NCBI RefSeq assembly: GCF_006345805.1
Contig: NC_043012.1
Coordinates: 16,492,001-16,556,000, forward strand
DNA from: Octopus sinensis
Lineage: Eukaryota
Direction: 5' to 3'
Length of the DNA stretch: 64,000 bases
The position numbers were made by a program, and so were the translations under genes. Under the pieces are notes generated by a model that did no database searches, had not been told where the DNA came from, and saw nothing but the letters and a program-made list of their open reading frames with translations. This document shows, in pieces, positions 51,615 to 64,000 of the stretch. Positions within the stretch are counted from its first letter, which is position 1, and each line of letters opens with the position of its first letter.

Positions 51615-54559
51615 GGCATTATTGGGGCACCACCACCCCGTCGCTGAGATGTGACCCTGCTTGCTAGCTAGATCATCTGGTTATTAGGTTTCGCCCAATA
51701 TTCTTCGATCTTATTGCCTCTTTTTAACCGAATCCAGTGGATCGCCTTCTCCATTATAGCCTGGATATCACTCATCGTTGGCATTTGCTTTGCGATGAGT
51801 TAGGCCTAATGACAATAACAATATATATCCAGAAACGTCATCGTTTTAAGTCTTGTTTCCTTTGATGGAATGGGTTAAAAAGACGGTCACAGTCAGAGTC
51901 CGTTCTCATTTGGAGTTATTACACCCTTAGGCGGGTTTAGGATCATGTCTCGATCACGCCACCAACTATTGTCTTGGTCACTATAATCAAATCGGATGCC
52001 GGCCTTAACGTCAACAACTTTACAGTGTATTGGGCGCGATTTATCATTACCCCTCTCTCGCACACATTCTCTTTCTCAACGCACAAAATTCTCATATTTT
52101 GAGTCACTCTGTTGCTTCCGCTAAATATTAATAGAAATATACATATACTCATATTCTGAGTTCTATTTTGCCTCTTTGCATCACCATATCTATCTATCTG
52201 TCGGTCTGTCTGTATATATATATAAAATGCGCTTACCTATATATATATCTGTTCGAAATCTTCCAAGCCTTTGATCTTGGGAGGGAATTTTTTAGATTTT
52301 ATACGATAGAAAGTATTTTCCATGGTGTCCATTTCTGTATTAAAAAACGAAAGCTTTCCATCTAATGCGCTTAATTAGATCAGTAATTTTCTCTAAAAGT
52401 TTCTTTGAATATAGTTCCCTTGATGGTATTGGTATGTTTTTCATAGAATAATCTATGTAATAGGCGACCATATATATAAAATACGGTTACCTAACTATAT
52501 ATATATATATGTATGTATACACACACATATATATATATAGTATATGTGTATGCCCCTATGTATCTGTTTATATAATCCCTTCTGTCTTAAAACTCATAAT
52601 TTATGTCAAACTGTGAACTCTGTAAGCTCATCGTTCCCACATCCATTTTTCTATGGTTTTATGGTTTGGCTAGATCCTATCCAAGACACTGTCCTGCCTC
52701 TTGTTGCATTCGTTTGTTGTTTATTTCATGAAGTACATCCTTCCAAGATCAGCTTTCAAGTACTTTCTTCCAGCATACCCCCTGTTCCCCCTTTCCACTT
52801 GGATTTCCCCGACTCCACTTTTGATTCCGCCTAAACCTATCTCTCGTCTCAATTCGTCTGTCTCATCCTTTATACTCCCTGGCGTAATGCATCCAGCTGA
52901 GCATGCTTGCTTCATTTCTTTGTAGCCTTTTCATGTCCCCTATCTTCGCTGTCACCCTTGTAATCATTACGCAGTGTGAGTTTATGCTCAAGCACGTACT
53001 TGTTTGTTTTAATCGAGAGATTTTCATTACATGTCGTCTGCATGGGAGGGAAATGTGAGTGAAACCCGATGAGTTGCGAAATGAAAATAAAACAGGTCAT
53101 CTGGATCTCCATCCCCAGCTGTCAAAATACGTATTTATTCTCACTGGAGTAAATGAGCCTATTAGCTTTATATAGACACAGGTGTGGTTAAGAAGCCTTG
53201 CTTTGCAACCATGTGGTCTCGGGTTCAGTCACACTGCGTGGCACCTTAGGCAAGTGTCTTTTTACCATAGCCTACAGCCCTGGACTGACCAATGACTTAT
53301 TAGTGGGTTTGGTAGATCGAAACTGTGAGAAGCCTTTCGTACGTCTTTATGTGTTTGCATGTATATCTTTGTGTTTGTGCCCTTCACCGCTTGACAACCG
53401 CTGTTGGTTTGTTTACGTCCTTGTAACTTAGCGGTTCGGCAGAAAGACCGATAGAATGAGTACTAGGCTATAAAAGTAAGTCCTTGGGACAGTTTGTTCA
53501 ACTAATCCCTCCAGTGTGGTATCCCAGCATGGCTGCAGTCCAATGAATGAAACGCGGGCAAAATAAGTATAAAGGACACACACAAACACACTTGTCTGTT
53601 ATATCTGTTTTTCCATGTTTGCATGGGTTGGAAGAATATGTTATTTGAGGTGTTGTTTTACAGATGGATGCTTTGGAACTGAGCCTTAACTGTTTTTCAA
53701 TCAAGGGATCTTTTATTGCACACAGTTTCAAAGTGACCTGGCAATAACGAGCAACAACAACAACACCTTCCACTACAACTCTCGTACAAATTATTGCAGA
53801 TACACACACACACACACACTTATGCATTCACATCTTCATCATTTAATATCCATGTTCTCCATGTTTGCATGTATCACACTGAATTTGCTGAGGCAGATAT
53901 TCTACAGCCGGATGCTCTTCCTGTTGCTAATTCTCACCTGTAACCGAGCAAGGCAATATTTCCTTGTGGCCAGATATGTTGTTCACGAAAAACAGAAAAC
54001 AAGCAAACCTTTTTATATGATGATGATGATGCACATTTTTCAACTATCACATGCTCTGTAGGGACTGGCACGTCAAAGGATTGACCCAGCATCCCCTCTG
54101 TATCAAAGAAGACAGCTAAACGAGGACAAGGTAGGATCTGCTCTCTGTCCTTGTAAAACCCTCACCAGCAACAGCCTCTTCTGCAAACCCCTAAAATTCT
54201 CATTGGGGGAAATGCCTCAACTGCCTATAAGGCACATTGCATGAAGTGACCAAGGCAAAGTTGATGGGACCCCCATCTGCCAAACAGAGAAATCCCTGGA
54301 GGATAGGTTGAGTTGGAGGATTGTCACTTGAGTGGTGCAAAGGGGTCATCCACCAGGAATAGGAAATCTCAGTTCAATCTGAAGAGGCCTATTTGGGTGG
54401 GGTCCTGGGAATGTTCTCTCTCTCTCAACTTGCAAGATGTTTTGTCCAGGAAACAGTAAAGCTTCTTCTAGAATAAGCATCTTTTACATATCGCAAGCTC
54501 TGATGATTTTATCTTCTTATTTGTCTACCTACCTACCTACCCTTTTATCTATCTATCTG

Positions 54560-54627
<68 letters not shown>

Positions 54628-55442
54628 CCTACCTACATACCTACCTACCTACCTATCTATCTATCTATCTATCTACTTATCTATCTGTCTATCAACTTGT
54701 CTCCCTACCTGTCTATCTACGTACTTTTCTACCTACATATTTATCTCTATCTGTCTGTCTGTCTGTCTTACCTGTATACCTCTGTATCTTTTTACTTACC
54801 TGCCCATTCACCCCACATCCCATTGTGTCATGTTCAGCTATTACACTCAAAATGGTGCACAGAAATACCTGCATTCACATACTCTCGCAACCCAGGTTAA
54901 GATATTGCATAAGTAAGGTAGCACTCAAACAAGTTTTACATCCAGGAACCAAATAGAGCTGTGGTATACAGTGTGTGTTGTGTGCTTGCATGTGTGCATA
55001 TATTTATTTTTAGGTGGCATTTGTTCAGTTTTATGTTTGAGAACCTGCTAGAGCCTTGGGACACAATGTGTGCATATATGCTTGTATGTTGTTATTATTA
55101 TTATTGAGTGAGAGAGCAGTTCATGCCATCAAAGTGACACTGGGGTAAAATATACGAAGCCCAATATACCCATCATGACTACCCGTCTGATAAGGGTACA
55201 CCAGGCACATGCATCACAACCATATGTGCGCAACATGGTGATCTCATATCAAGATAAACAGCACATGACCTTGCAGGTGGGGCCCAGTTAGAATTTTCTT
55301 CAGGTTGAGTAGCCCATCCTGCTCAAAAGGTCCCTGAATAAGGGTTGCTTTAGGATGTTGAACGAAACACCTATGTTTCCAGAGGTGAATTATTCAAACT
55401 CCAAAGAATCCCTCTCAACACATGGCTATGATGCTCCCCCAC

Positions 55443-55479
<37 letters not shown>

Positions 55480-57104
55480 GCATTGACTTAATAAACACTT
55501 GCATGAACAAGTCAATGGAAGAGCTTCCATGTGGTCACACACTCTGCTAGAAATAGCAGCCAAGTCTCCCAACCCCCAATTCTCCTCACCTTACCAGCTT
55601 AAAAAAAAGAAGACATTGGAGAATGTAATTGTATCCTTTCAGTCATTAGACTGTGGCCATGCTGGAGCACCACCTTGAAGAATTTTTAGGTGAATGAATC
55701 GACCCCAGTGCTTTTTTTGTTTTTTTTAAAGCCTGGTACATATTCTATCAGTCTCTCTTTGCTGAACTACTAAGTTACAGGAATGTAAGCACACCAACAC
55801 CAGTTGTCAAGAGATGGTGGAACAAACACACACACACACACACATATAGAGTTGTTGTCTCTCTAATAACATTGAAGAGTACCCTCTACCTTACATCACC
55901 ATCTGTTTTACCTGGGTATTTGTAAGAAATGATAGGATGCAATCATCATCATCGTCATTAGTGTTTTATGTTCATTTTCCCCATACTGGCATGGCTGGGA
56001 TGGTTTTCCTGAAGCTGTCAATAAAATAATGTACCTGTCAAATACTAGGATTGATTTAATCAACCCTACCCTGAAGAGATTTTTTGGCGGGTGCAGGGTT
56101 GTGCCTTGTTAAACATATTAATCTTACATTACTGTTAATTACCAATTAGTAATCAGTTATTGTTTCAATAATTAAATATTACATCTTAAATTTGGAGCTA
56201 ATGAGGGAGCCAAATCTCAATCAAATGACACCTTATCATCTTACAAAAAGACACACTAGGCAATATGCCCCAGGATGTATAGCACTCTCGGAAATAGATG
56301 GTCATGGCTAGAATACCTTTGATCAAAGATCTTTTGAATCAGAACTGACCTGGGGCTAAATAATCACAATAATGTCAACTGCAACAACATCTTATATTTA
56401 ACCTCATTTCATATAGTACTGCTTTTGCACATATTTGTGCAACTTGGCTGCAAGTGTACTTGTGCAGTGTTGCATAATGTGCAGGATACAACAATGGATT
56501 CCTCTCCTCTCACTTCTCCTCCTTCACTTTGTGTCTAATAAGTGCATACCTCACAAAGTTTAGCCATTCTGTCCCTAGACAACACCAATAATGTGTCTGT
56601 ATTTACCCTGCCCCTAAACTTTGCATGGTGTCTCTAGATTGAGATGTCGAAGGGAAAACTTCAACCCTTTTAGCATTTAAACCGGCTATTTCCAACCTAA
56701 ATATTTACCTGTTTAATCTTGAATCTGGCCAGATCCAGCCTCTCGGGCCTACCTCACAATGTATTTCTAAACATAAATAACCACGTCACTGAAATTGTGA
56801 AGCTGCAAAGTAATAAATGATTGATTCAAAACAACTTGAATAAACAGGCATTGCATTTGACGGATTCATCTGAATGCTAAAGGGCTAAGAAGCATTTTTA
56901 GTCATAACCACCACCACCACCACCATCATTACTGCAAGCATAACCACCATCCTCTCCACCACTACACTCTCGTAATGAATTGCATAATTTCATTCATCCA
57001 TTGCCGTATGGGTTGTAGTACAAAGAGGTGTGACTGTGCAGTTGTGTGGATCACATAATGGTCATATATTGTTCCATTTCAATAATAATAATAATAATAA
57101 TAAT

Positions 57105-58035
57105 CCTTTCTACTCTAGGCACAGGGCCTGAAATTTTTTGGGGTGGGGAAGAGGAATGTCGATTACATCGACCCCCAGTACTTGAATGGTATTTAATTTA
57201 TCGACCCCAGACAGAATGAAAGGCAAAGTCGGCCTTGGTGGAACTTGAACTCGGAACATAGTGATGGGTGAAATACCGCTAAGCATTTCATCCAGCGTGC
57301 TAACTATTCTGCCAGCTCGCTACCTTATTTACATAGTAATGACGTTAAAATAATAATAACAATTCTACTATAGGCTCGAGGCCTGGGATTTTGTGGTGAG
57401 TCGGAAAGGGTAAATCGATTACATCAACCCCAGTATGCAACTGGTACTTATTTTATCGACCTTGAAAGTATTTGAACTCCGAGTTTAAAAACAAACGAAA
57501 TGCCACTTTGCATTTTGGTTTGGTGTGCTAAGGGCTCTGTCAGCTTGCCGGCTTGATGATGTTAATAATAATAATCCTTTCTACTAAAGGCACAAGGCCT
57601 GAAATTTTGGGGGAGGGGACTAGTCAATAACATCAACCCCAGTATTTCACTGGTACTTAATTTATTGACTCTGAAAAGATGAAAGGCAAAGCTAACCTCA
57701 GCAGAATTTGAACTCTGAAACATAGGATTGGACAAAATACCACTAAGCATTTTGCTTGGCATTGCTAATGGTTCTGCCAGCTTGTTGCCTTGCTGATTTT
57801 AATAATAATAATAATAATAATAGTAGTAGTAGTAGTAGTAGTTTCAAATTTTGTTACAAGGGTAGAAATTTTTGGGGTGGGGATTAGTTTTTTACATTGA
57901 CATCAGTGTTTAAACTGGTCCTTATTTTATTGACCCCGAAACGATGAAAGGTAAAGTCGACCTTGGTAGAATTTGAACTCAGAATGTAGCAACAGGTGAA
58001 ATACTGCTAAGCATTTCATCCAGTGTGCTAACAAT
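57105..58035 (-). mobile_element. Cluster of four same-orientation family B-related SINEs separated by (AAT)n
   Basis: Units at ~57105-57325, 57363-57555, 57575-57792 and 57840-58035, each with B box and Meta-like core. Confidence 0.8.
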
Positions 58036-59127
58036 TCTGCCAGCTTGCTGCCTTAATAATAATAACAATGATGATAATGGTTTCAAGTTTTGCCACAAGG
58101 TCAGCAATTTCGGTGGCGGGAAATAATTATTTTTAACATTGGCACAAGGCCAAGAAGAGAGGCGAGTCAGTGGAACTGTTGCCCATTTCTTGGCTGATAC
58201 TTCATCTTATCAATTCCCAAAGGATGAAAGCAGAGCTGATCTCAGAGGGATTTCAACTTAGAATGTAAAGAACCATTATTAGATACCGAAAGGTATTTTG
58301 TCAGACACGTCCACAACTGCACCAATTTACCAAAACTAACAACAACAACATTTCTAATGTCAACATAAGACCTCATATTTGAGAGAGATGACATCGTTAT
58401 TTACATTAATTGTAACACTTGACTGATATGTACTTATCTTATTGGTTCCAGGATGAAGAAAATGCAAAATCATTGTCACCATCATTTTAAAGTCTTCTTT
58501 TCTATGCTTGCATAGTGGGTTGGACAGAGTTTGTTGAGGCTTATTGATTTTCTACAGCCGGATGCCCTCCCTGTTCTCAACCTTCACTTATTTCTAAGCA
58601 AAGTAATGCTTCTACATGGCCAGACATGTTTTCATGGAAGATTGGAAATGAGCGACACTGCTTGTACGATGGTGACGCTCGTTTGTTTCCAATTATCACA
58701 CGATTTCAAAAGAAGGAGACACAAACACACACACTCACCATGCACACACACACACATGCACACGTACACGCATTCATGCAAACACACACACACACACACG
58801 CCCATATGTGCGCATGCGCACACACACGCACACACAAATATATATAAGACAGGCTTCTTTCAGTTTTCATTTACCAAATCCATTCAGTTGGCAGTATAGC
58901 AGAACACACTTGACCCCCACCCCCCAGGTGTCATGCAGTAGGATTGATACCAGAACCATAAGGTGTGGAAGCAAAATTCTCCATCATACAGCTTGTGCCT
59001 CCCTCAATGGGACTTGAACACAGAACTTAAGATTATATAACTAAATATCACATGGCACTTTCTTGTCACTCACTGGATGGTTTCTATCTCCAACCTCTCC
59101 CCCCCCCTTCTCCCTCAAAATTATTGG

Positions 59128-59535
59128 TGGCGAGCTGGCAGAAACGTTAGCATGCCGGGCGAAATGCTTAGCGGTATTTCGTCTGCCGCTACGTTCTGAG
59201 TTCAAATTCCACCGAGGTCGACTTTGCCTTTCATCCTTTCGGGGTTAATTTCGGGGTAAATAAGTACCAGTTATGCACTGGGGTCAATTGTAATCGACTT
59301 AATCCGTTTGTCTGTCCATGTTTGTCCCCTCTGTGTGTAGCCCCTTGTGGGTAGTAAAGAAATAGGTATTTCGTCAGTCTTTACGTTCTGAATTCAAATT
59401 CCACTGATGTTGACTTTGCCTTTCATCCTTTCGGGGGTCAATAAATTAAATACCAGTTGTATGTTAGAGTCAATCTAGTCGACTGGCCCCTTCTCCACAA
59501 AATTTCAGGTTTTTTTGCCTCGAGTAGAAAAGAAT
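59128..59535 (+). mobile_element. Family B SINE nested in an older family B copy
   Basis: Tail GAAATA is joined directly to GGTATTTCGTC of a second, diverged copy. Confidence 0.8.
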
Positions 59536-59829
59536 ATCCTTGGTCTATTTACATAGCCTTGCCCAGATCTACCTTGTATTAGCAATGTTATTTGCAGTGT
59601 TTAAATACTGTATTTTTTTCGGGCGGAGGGGGGGTTTGTTTTTGTGTTCCATGTCTACTTCTATCCTGTCATGTCACATGTCTGTAATACGTTTAAAATG
59701 CTAGGAAATATTCTGACAATGAAGCTACTTCATGATTGAATAAGTTGTATCCGCTTCTGTCAAGTGTTGCCTTCCATCTACAAGAAGGAGCAATCTATTG
59801 CGAGGTTGATTTTGAAATGTGATTAAGCA

Positions 59830-59869
<40 letters not shown>

Positions 59870-60670
59870 ACACACACACACCACACACACACACACACAC
59901 ATGCGTATGTATGTATGCATAAATGCATGTGAGTGTGTGTTTATTTTTTAGTTTCTCTTTTATTTGTGTCGACTCCTATAAAGATGAATCGGCTAATTTT
60001 TACTCATCATAAACCATTTGACACTTGATTATCATCATAGTTATTTTAAGTTCACTTTTTCCGTGTTTACGTCAGTTGGACTGGACATTTTCGATTTTGT
60101 ATTTCGTATACATATACACGCATGCATGCAGACATGTGTGTGTTTGTAGTGTTTTCATGCAAAAATGCAATGTTCTTCACGTGCACAAGACGTGTGATGG
60201 TTGTCTCAACCAAAATATTTCTTCATACATTATGTCTTTGTACAGTTGACAATAATCAGCTGCACCCATTAATGAGTACAACATAGATGCGTGTGGTGTA
60301 TGTGTGTATGTATATATATATATATATATATGTGTATGTGTCTCTGTGTGTGTGTATATATGTGTGTGTGTGTATATGATCATCATCATCATCGTTTAGC
60401 GTCCGCTTTCCATGCTAGCATGGGTTGGACGGTTCAACTGGGGTCTGGGAAGCCAGAAGGCTGCACCAGGCCCAGTCTGATCTGGCAATGTTTCTACGGC
60501 TGGATGCCCTTCCTAATGCCAACCACTCCGTGAGTGTAGTGGGTGCTTTTTACATGCCACCGGCACAGGTGCCAGACGAGGCTGGCAAACGGCCATGATC
60601 GGATGGTGCTTTTTACCATCCGATCGTGGCCATTTGCCAGCCTCATCTGGCACCTGTGATAATAATAATG

Positions 60671-60708
<38 letters not shown>

Positions 60709-61915
60709 TTTCTATTCCCTTATTTCATGAATCCCAGTACTTGACTGGAAATTGATTTTATTGACTCCTGGAAAGATCCAAGACAAATTTGACCTCTGGT
60801 CTTTTAATAACTTTACTACTACTTACTACTACTACTTGTTGTTGTTGTTGTTGTGGTTCTTTGTTGGCAGCTTAGGCAGTCGTCATCTTCTGCCAGCTGC
60901 TTGATCTGCTGACCCTGTGCATTTGATTTAGATGCCTGATGAGACCTGCCTCCCACCTCAACCTCTTAACACCGTGACTCAGGGAGAGATCCTCTACATG
61001 GTCGTTCAATCTGCTAGAAATAGCAACCAAATTCTCCCTCCAATCACACCTTATTGTTTTATAAACTGCTAGGTTTTGAGGATGTAAACAAACCAAAACC
61101 GGTTGTTGAGCAGTTGTGCTGCAGGAAACACAGAGACACATACATATACATGTATGCATGCATACATGTGTACGTACATAGATATGTACATACTTACATG
61201 CATACATACATGTGTACGTATATATGTACATGCATACATACATGTATGTATGTACATATATACGTACACATGTATGTATGTAAGTATGTACATATTTATG
61301 TACGTACACATGTATGCATGCATACATGTATGTATAATAATAATAATAATATAATAATAATAATAATAATAACCTGCCCTGATGCAGTACCAGCCAGTGG
61401 CTCTCATGCTTCTAATCTTAACTGATTGGAAGTGTTATCATGTACATTGTTTTGTCTTCGTATAAAAGATGGGCTACAGCAAATATTCTGCTCAATCCCA
61501 CAGATTTGCTTGTCAGTTGTTTGACCTTAACCAGTTGAGCATGTCCCTTAGTGGCTGACGATATGTGCATCTCTGATCAAGAGCAGAAGTAGTGGGGGAG
61601 CATCATAGCCATGTATCGAAAGGAATTCTTCGAGGTTTAGATAATTCACCTTTGGAAACATGGGTGGTTCGTTCAACATCCTTAAACAATCCTTATTCTG
61701 GGACCATTTGAACGGGATGGGCTACTCGACTAGAAGAAAATTCTAACTGGGCCCCACCTGCAAGGTCATGCGCTGTTTATCTTGATGTGAGATCTCCACG
61801 TCATGCACATATGGTTGTGATGCACGTTCCTGGTGTATCCTTATCAGATGCATACATATGCACATGTGTATGTACATATGTACATGCATACATACATTCA
61901 TTCACACATACATGT

Positions 61916-61962
<47 letters not shown>

Positions 61963-64000
61963 CATATATACATACATACGTGCATATGTATGTACACATG
62001 TACATGCATACATACATTCAAGCGTATGTACATACGTGCATGCATATGTACATGCATACATTCATTCATACATGCATACATATACGTGCACTCATGCATG
62101 TATACGTACACGCATACATGCATACATACATATGCATACATATATATATATATATATATATAATGGGCTTCCAGACAGTTTCCATCAACTATATTAATGC
62201 ATAAGGCATAGGCTTGCCTGAGACCCTAGTAGCGGACACTTGCAGAAGGGGCCACACAGTGGGACTGAACCCCAAACCATGTGGTTGTAAAGCAAGCTTC
62301 TTAACCACACAGCCATCTCAGCATCTGGTCTCAACTGAAATGCTCTTGATCATAGATCTACTTAGACAGGACTGACCTAGGGTTAAACAAAAACAATAAT
62401 AATAACAACCCTCTGATGACTGTGACCTGGAATTTTGTGCTTAGGGACAGGATTATTTTTAGGAACACAGTGTCAAGGCCCCACCCTAACCTCTTTACTG
62501 ACACATACCTCCTGTTCACATTGTTTTTCTTTCTCCGAGGTGGCCTTGTGTCATCTCTAATTCAGGCAGTAACATCTATTTACTTCCTGAAAATATGAGC
62601 TTGTTTAGATGTTTCCTCATACAGCAGGACTACTGCTACTACCACTACTGCCACAAGTACTACCACCGCTACCCTCACCATAACTACTACCACCACCACC
62701 ACCACTGCTATCACTAATACTGTTATCACCACTAATGCCTTTGCTGCTGCTACTACTACTATTACTACTAACAATACCACTACAAATGTGTTGTGAATGA
62801 AAATTTCACATATAGGCAAAGGCTTGACTGTGGTTTTGGTTTCAAGTCCCACTGCATGGCACCTTGGGCAAGGGTCTTCTATTGGCCCAGACCAAGCAAT
62901 ACATTGTGAGTGAATTTGGTAGGTGGAAACTGTGTGGAAGCCCCCTTTGTGTTTATATATTTGTGTGTGTGTGTATACACATACATACATATATATCTCA
63001 TTATTGTCATTTAACATCATCTTTCCATGCTGGCATGAGTTGGACGGTTTGACTGGGGACTGGCAAGCCTGGAGGCCGCAACCAGGTCCCAGTCTGATTT
63101 GGTAAGGTTTCTACAGCTGGATGCCCTTCCTAATGCCAACCACTCCGACAGTGTAGTGGGTGCTTTTTATGTGCCACTGGCACAGGAACCAGTCAGGTGG
63201 CAATGGCATTGGTCATGCTTGAATGGTACCTTTTACGTGCCAGTCTGGTGGCACTGGCATCGGCCATACTTATATATATATATATATATATATATTGTGT
63301 GTATATCTTAGTCTCTTCTACTACCATTACTTGATAGCCAATGTTGGTTTGTTAACATTCCTGTAACTTAGCAGCTCAACAAAAGAGACCAATAGAATTA
63401 GTACCAGGCTTGTAAGATAAGTCCTAGGGTCAATTTCTTTGATTAAAATCCTTGAAAATAGCACCCCAGCATGGCCACAGTCCCATAACTGAAATACATA
63501 AAAAATAGCTCCATCCCATTCCAGTCAACTCTAAGTAAATTTATGACCAAAGGCATTCCAGCCATGACCATCTTGTCTTTTTCAAACATTGTATACCTTG
63601 GATTATATTATCTGATGTATCCCTTTTAAAAACAGTAATGTGTGATTTGCAGGTGTTTGGCTGTTATTTCTAGCAGGCTGAATGACCCTGTACAAAATTC
63701 CACATTGGTTAATCAAGTTGTTGCTGTTGTTGTTGTCGTTTAGCTCCAAGTTTGCTTTCATCAAGTTGCAAACCTGTGTTCAAAGGCATTCCATTCATGA
63801 CCATTCCATCTTTTTCTTACGTTGAGGGACCTTGGGAGCACATTCTTCTTGTCTTTTTCTGAGATTTTGGGATGTGAATTGAGGGTACTTTTAACTGCTA
63901 TTTCTAACAGCACCTGCTACTATGTAGGGACTTCCTTTCTTGACACATTAAATTGTTCTATGTCGGTGATGGTGGTCGAAGGTAGTAACAATATCTTCTC

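Overview
Repeat-dominated eukaryotic genomic DNA, most likely an octopod cephalopod (inferred from the tRNA-derived SINE families and dense (TA)n/(CA)n/(CATA)n/(TAA)n microsatellites). Almost all ORFs in the track are microsatellite or SINE artefacts. Supported content: at least five SINE-like families, a D34D mariner relic, a Helitron with both termini, hAT-, piggyBac-, Merlin- and Helentron-type MITEs, CR1 and RLE-type LINE relics, a 3 x ~1.5 kb tandem array, a tRNA-Asp pseudogene and one likely host first coding exon (48883-49048). The most notable signal is a set of at least six sequence-unrelated, short, non-coding elements carrying minimal type I hammerhead ribozyme folds (stem I - CUGANGA - stem II - GAAA - palindromic or short stem III - NUH - stem I). 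Three of them are inverted duplications, and two of those are bounded by exact 13-bp TSDs. One also has a tRNA-like segment at its axis, suggesting a Pol III SINE mobilised by Penelope-like elements. All folds and alignments were done by eye; no database search was run.
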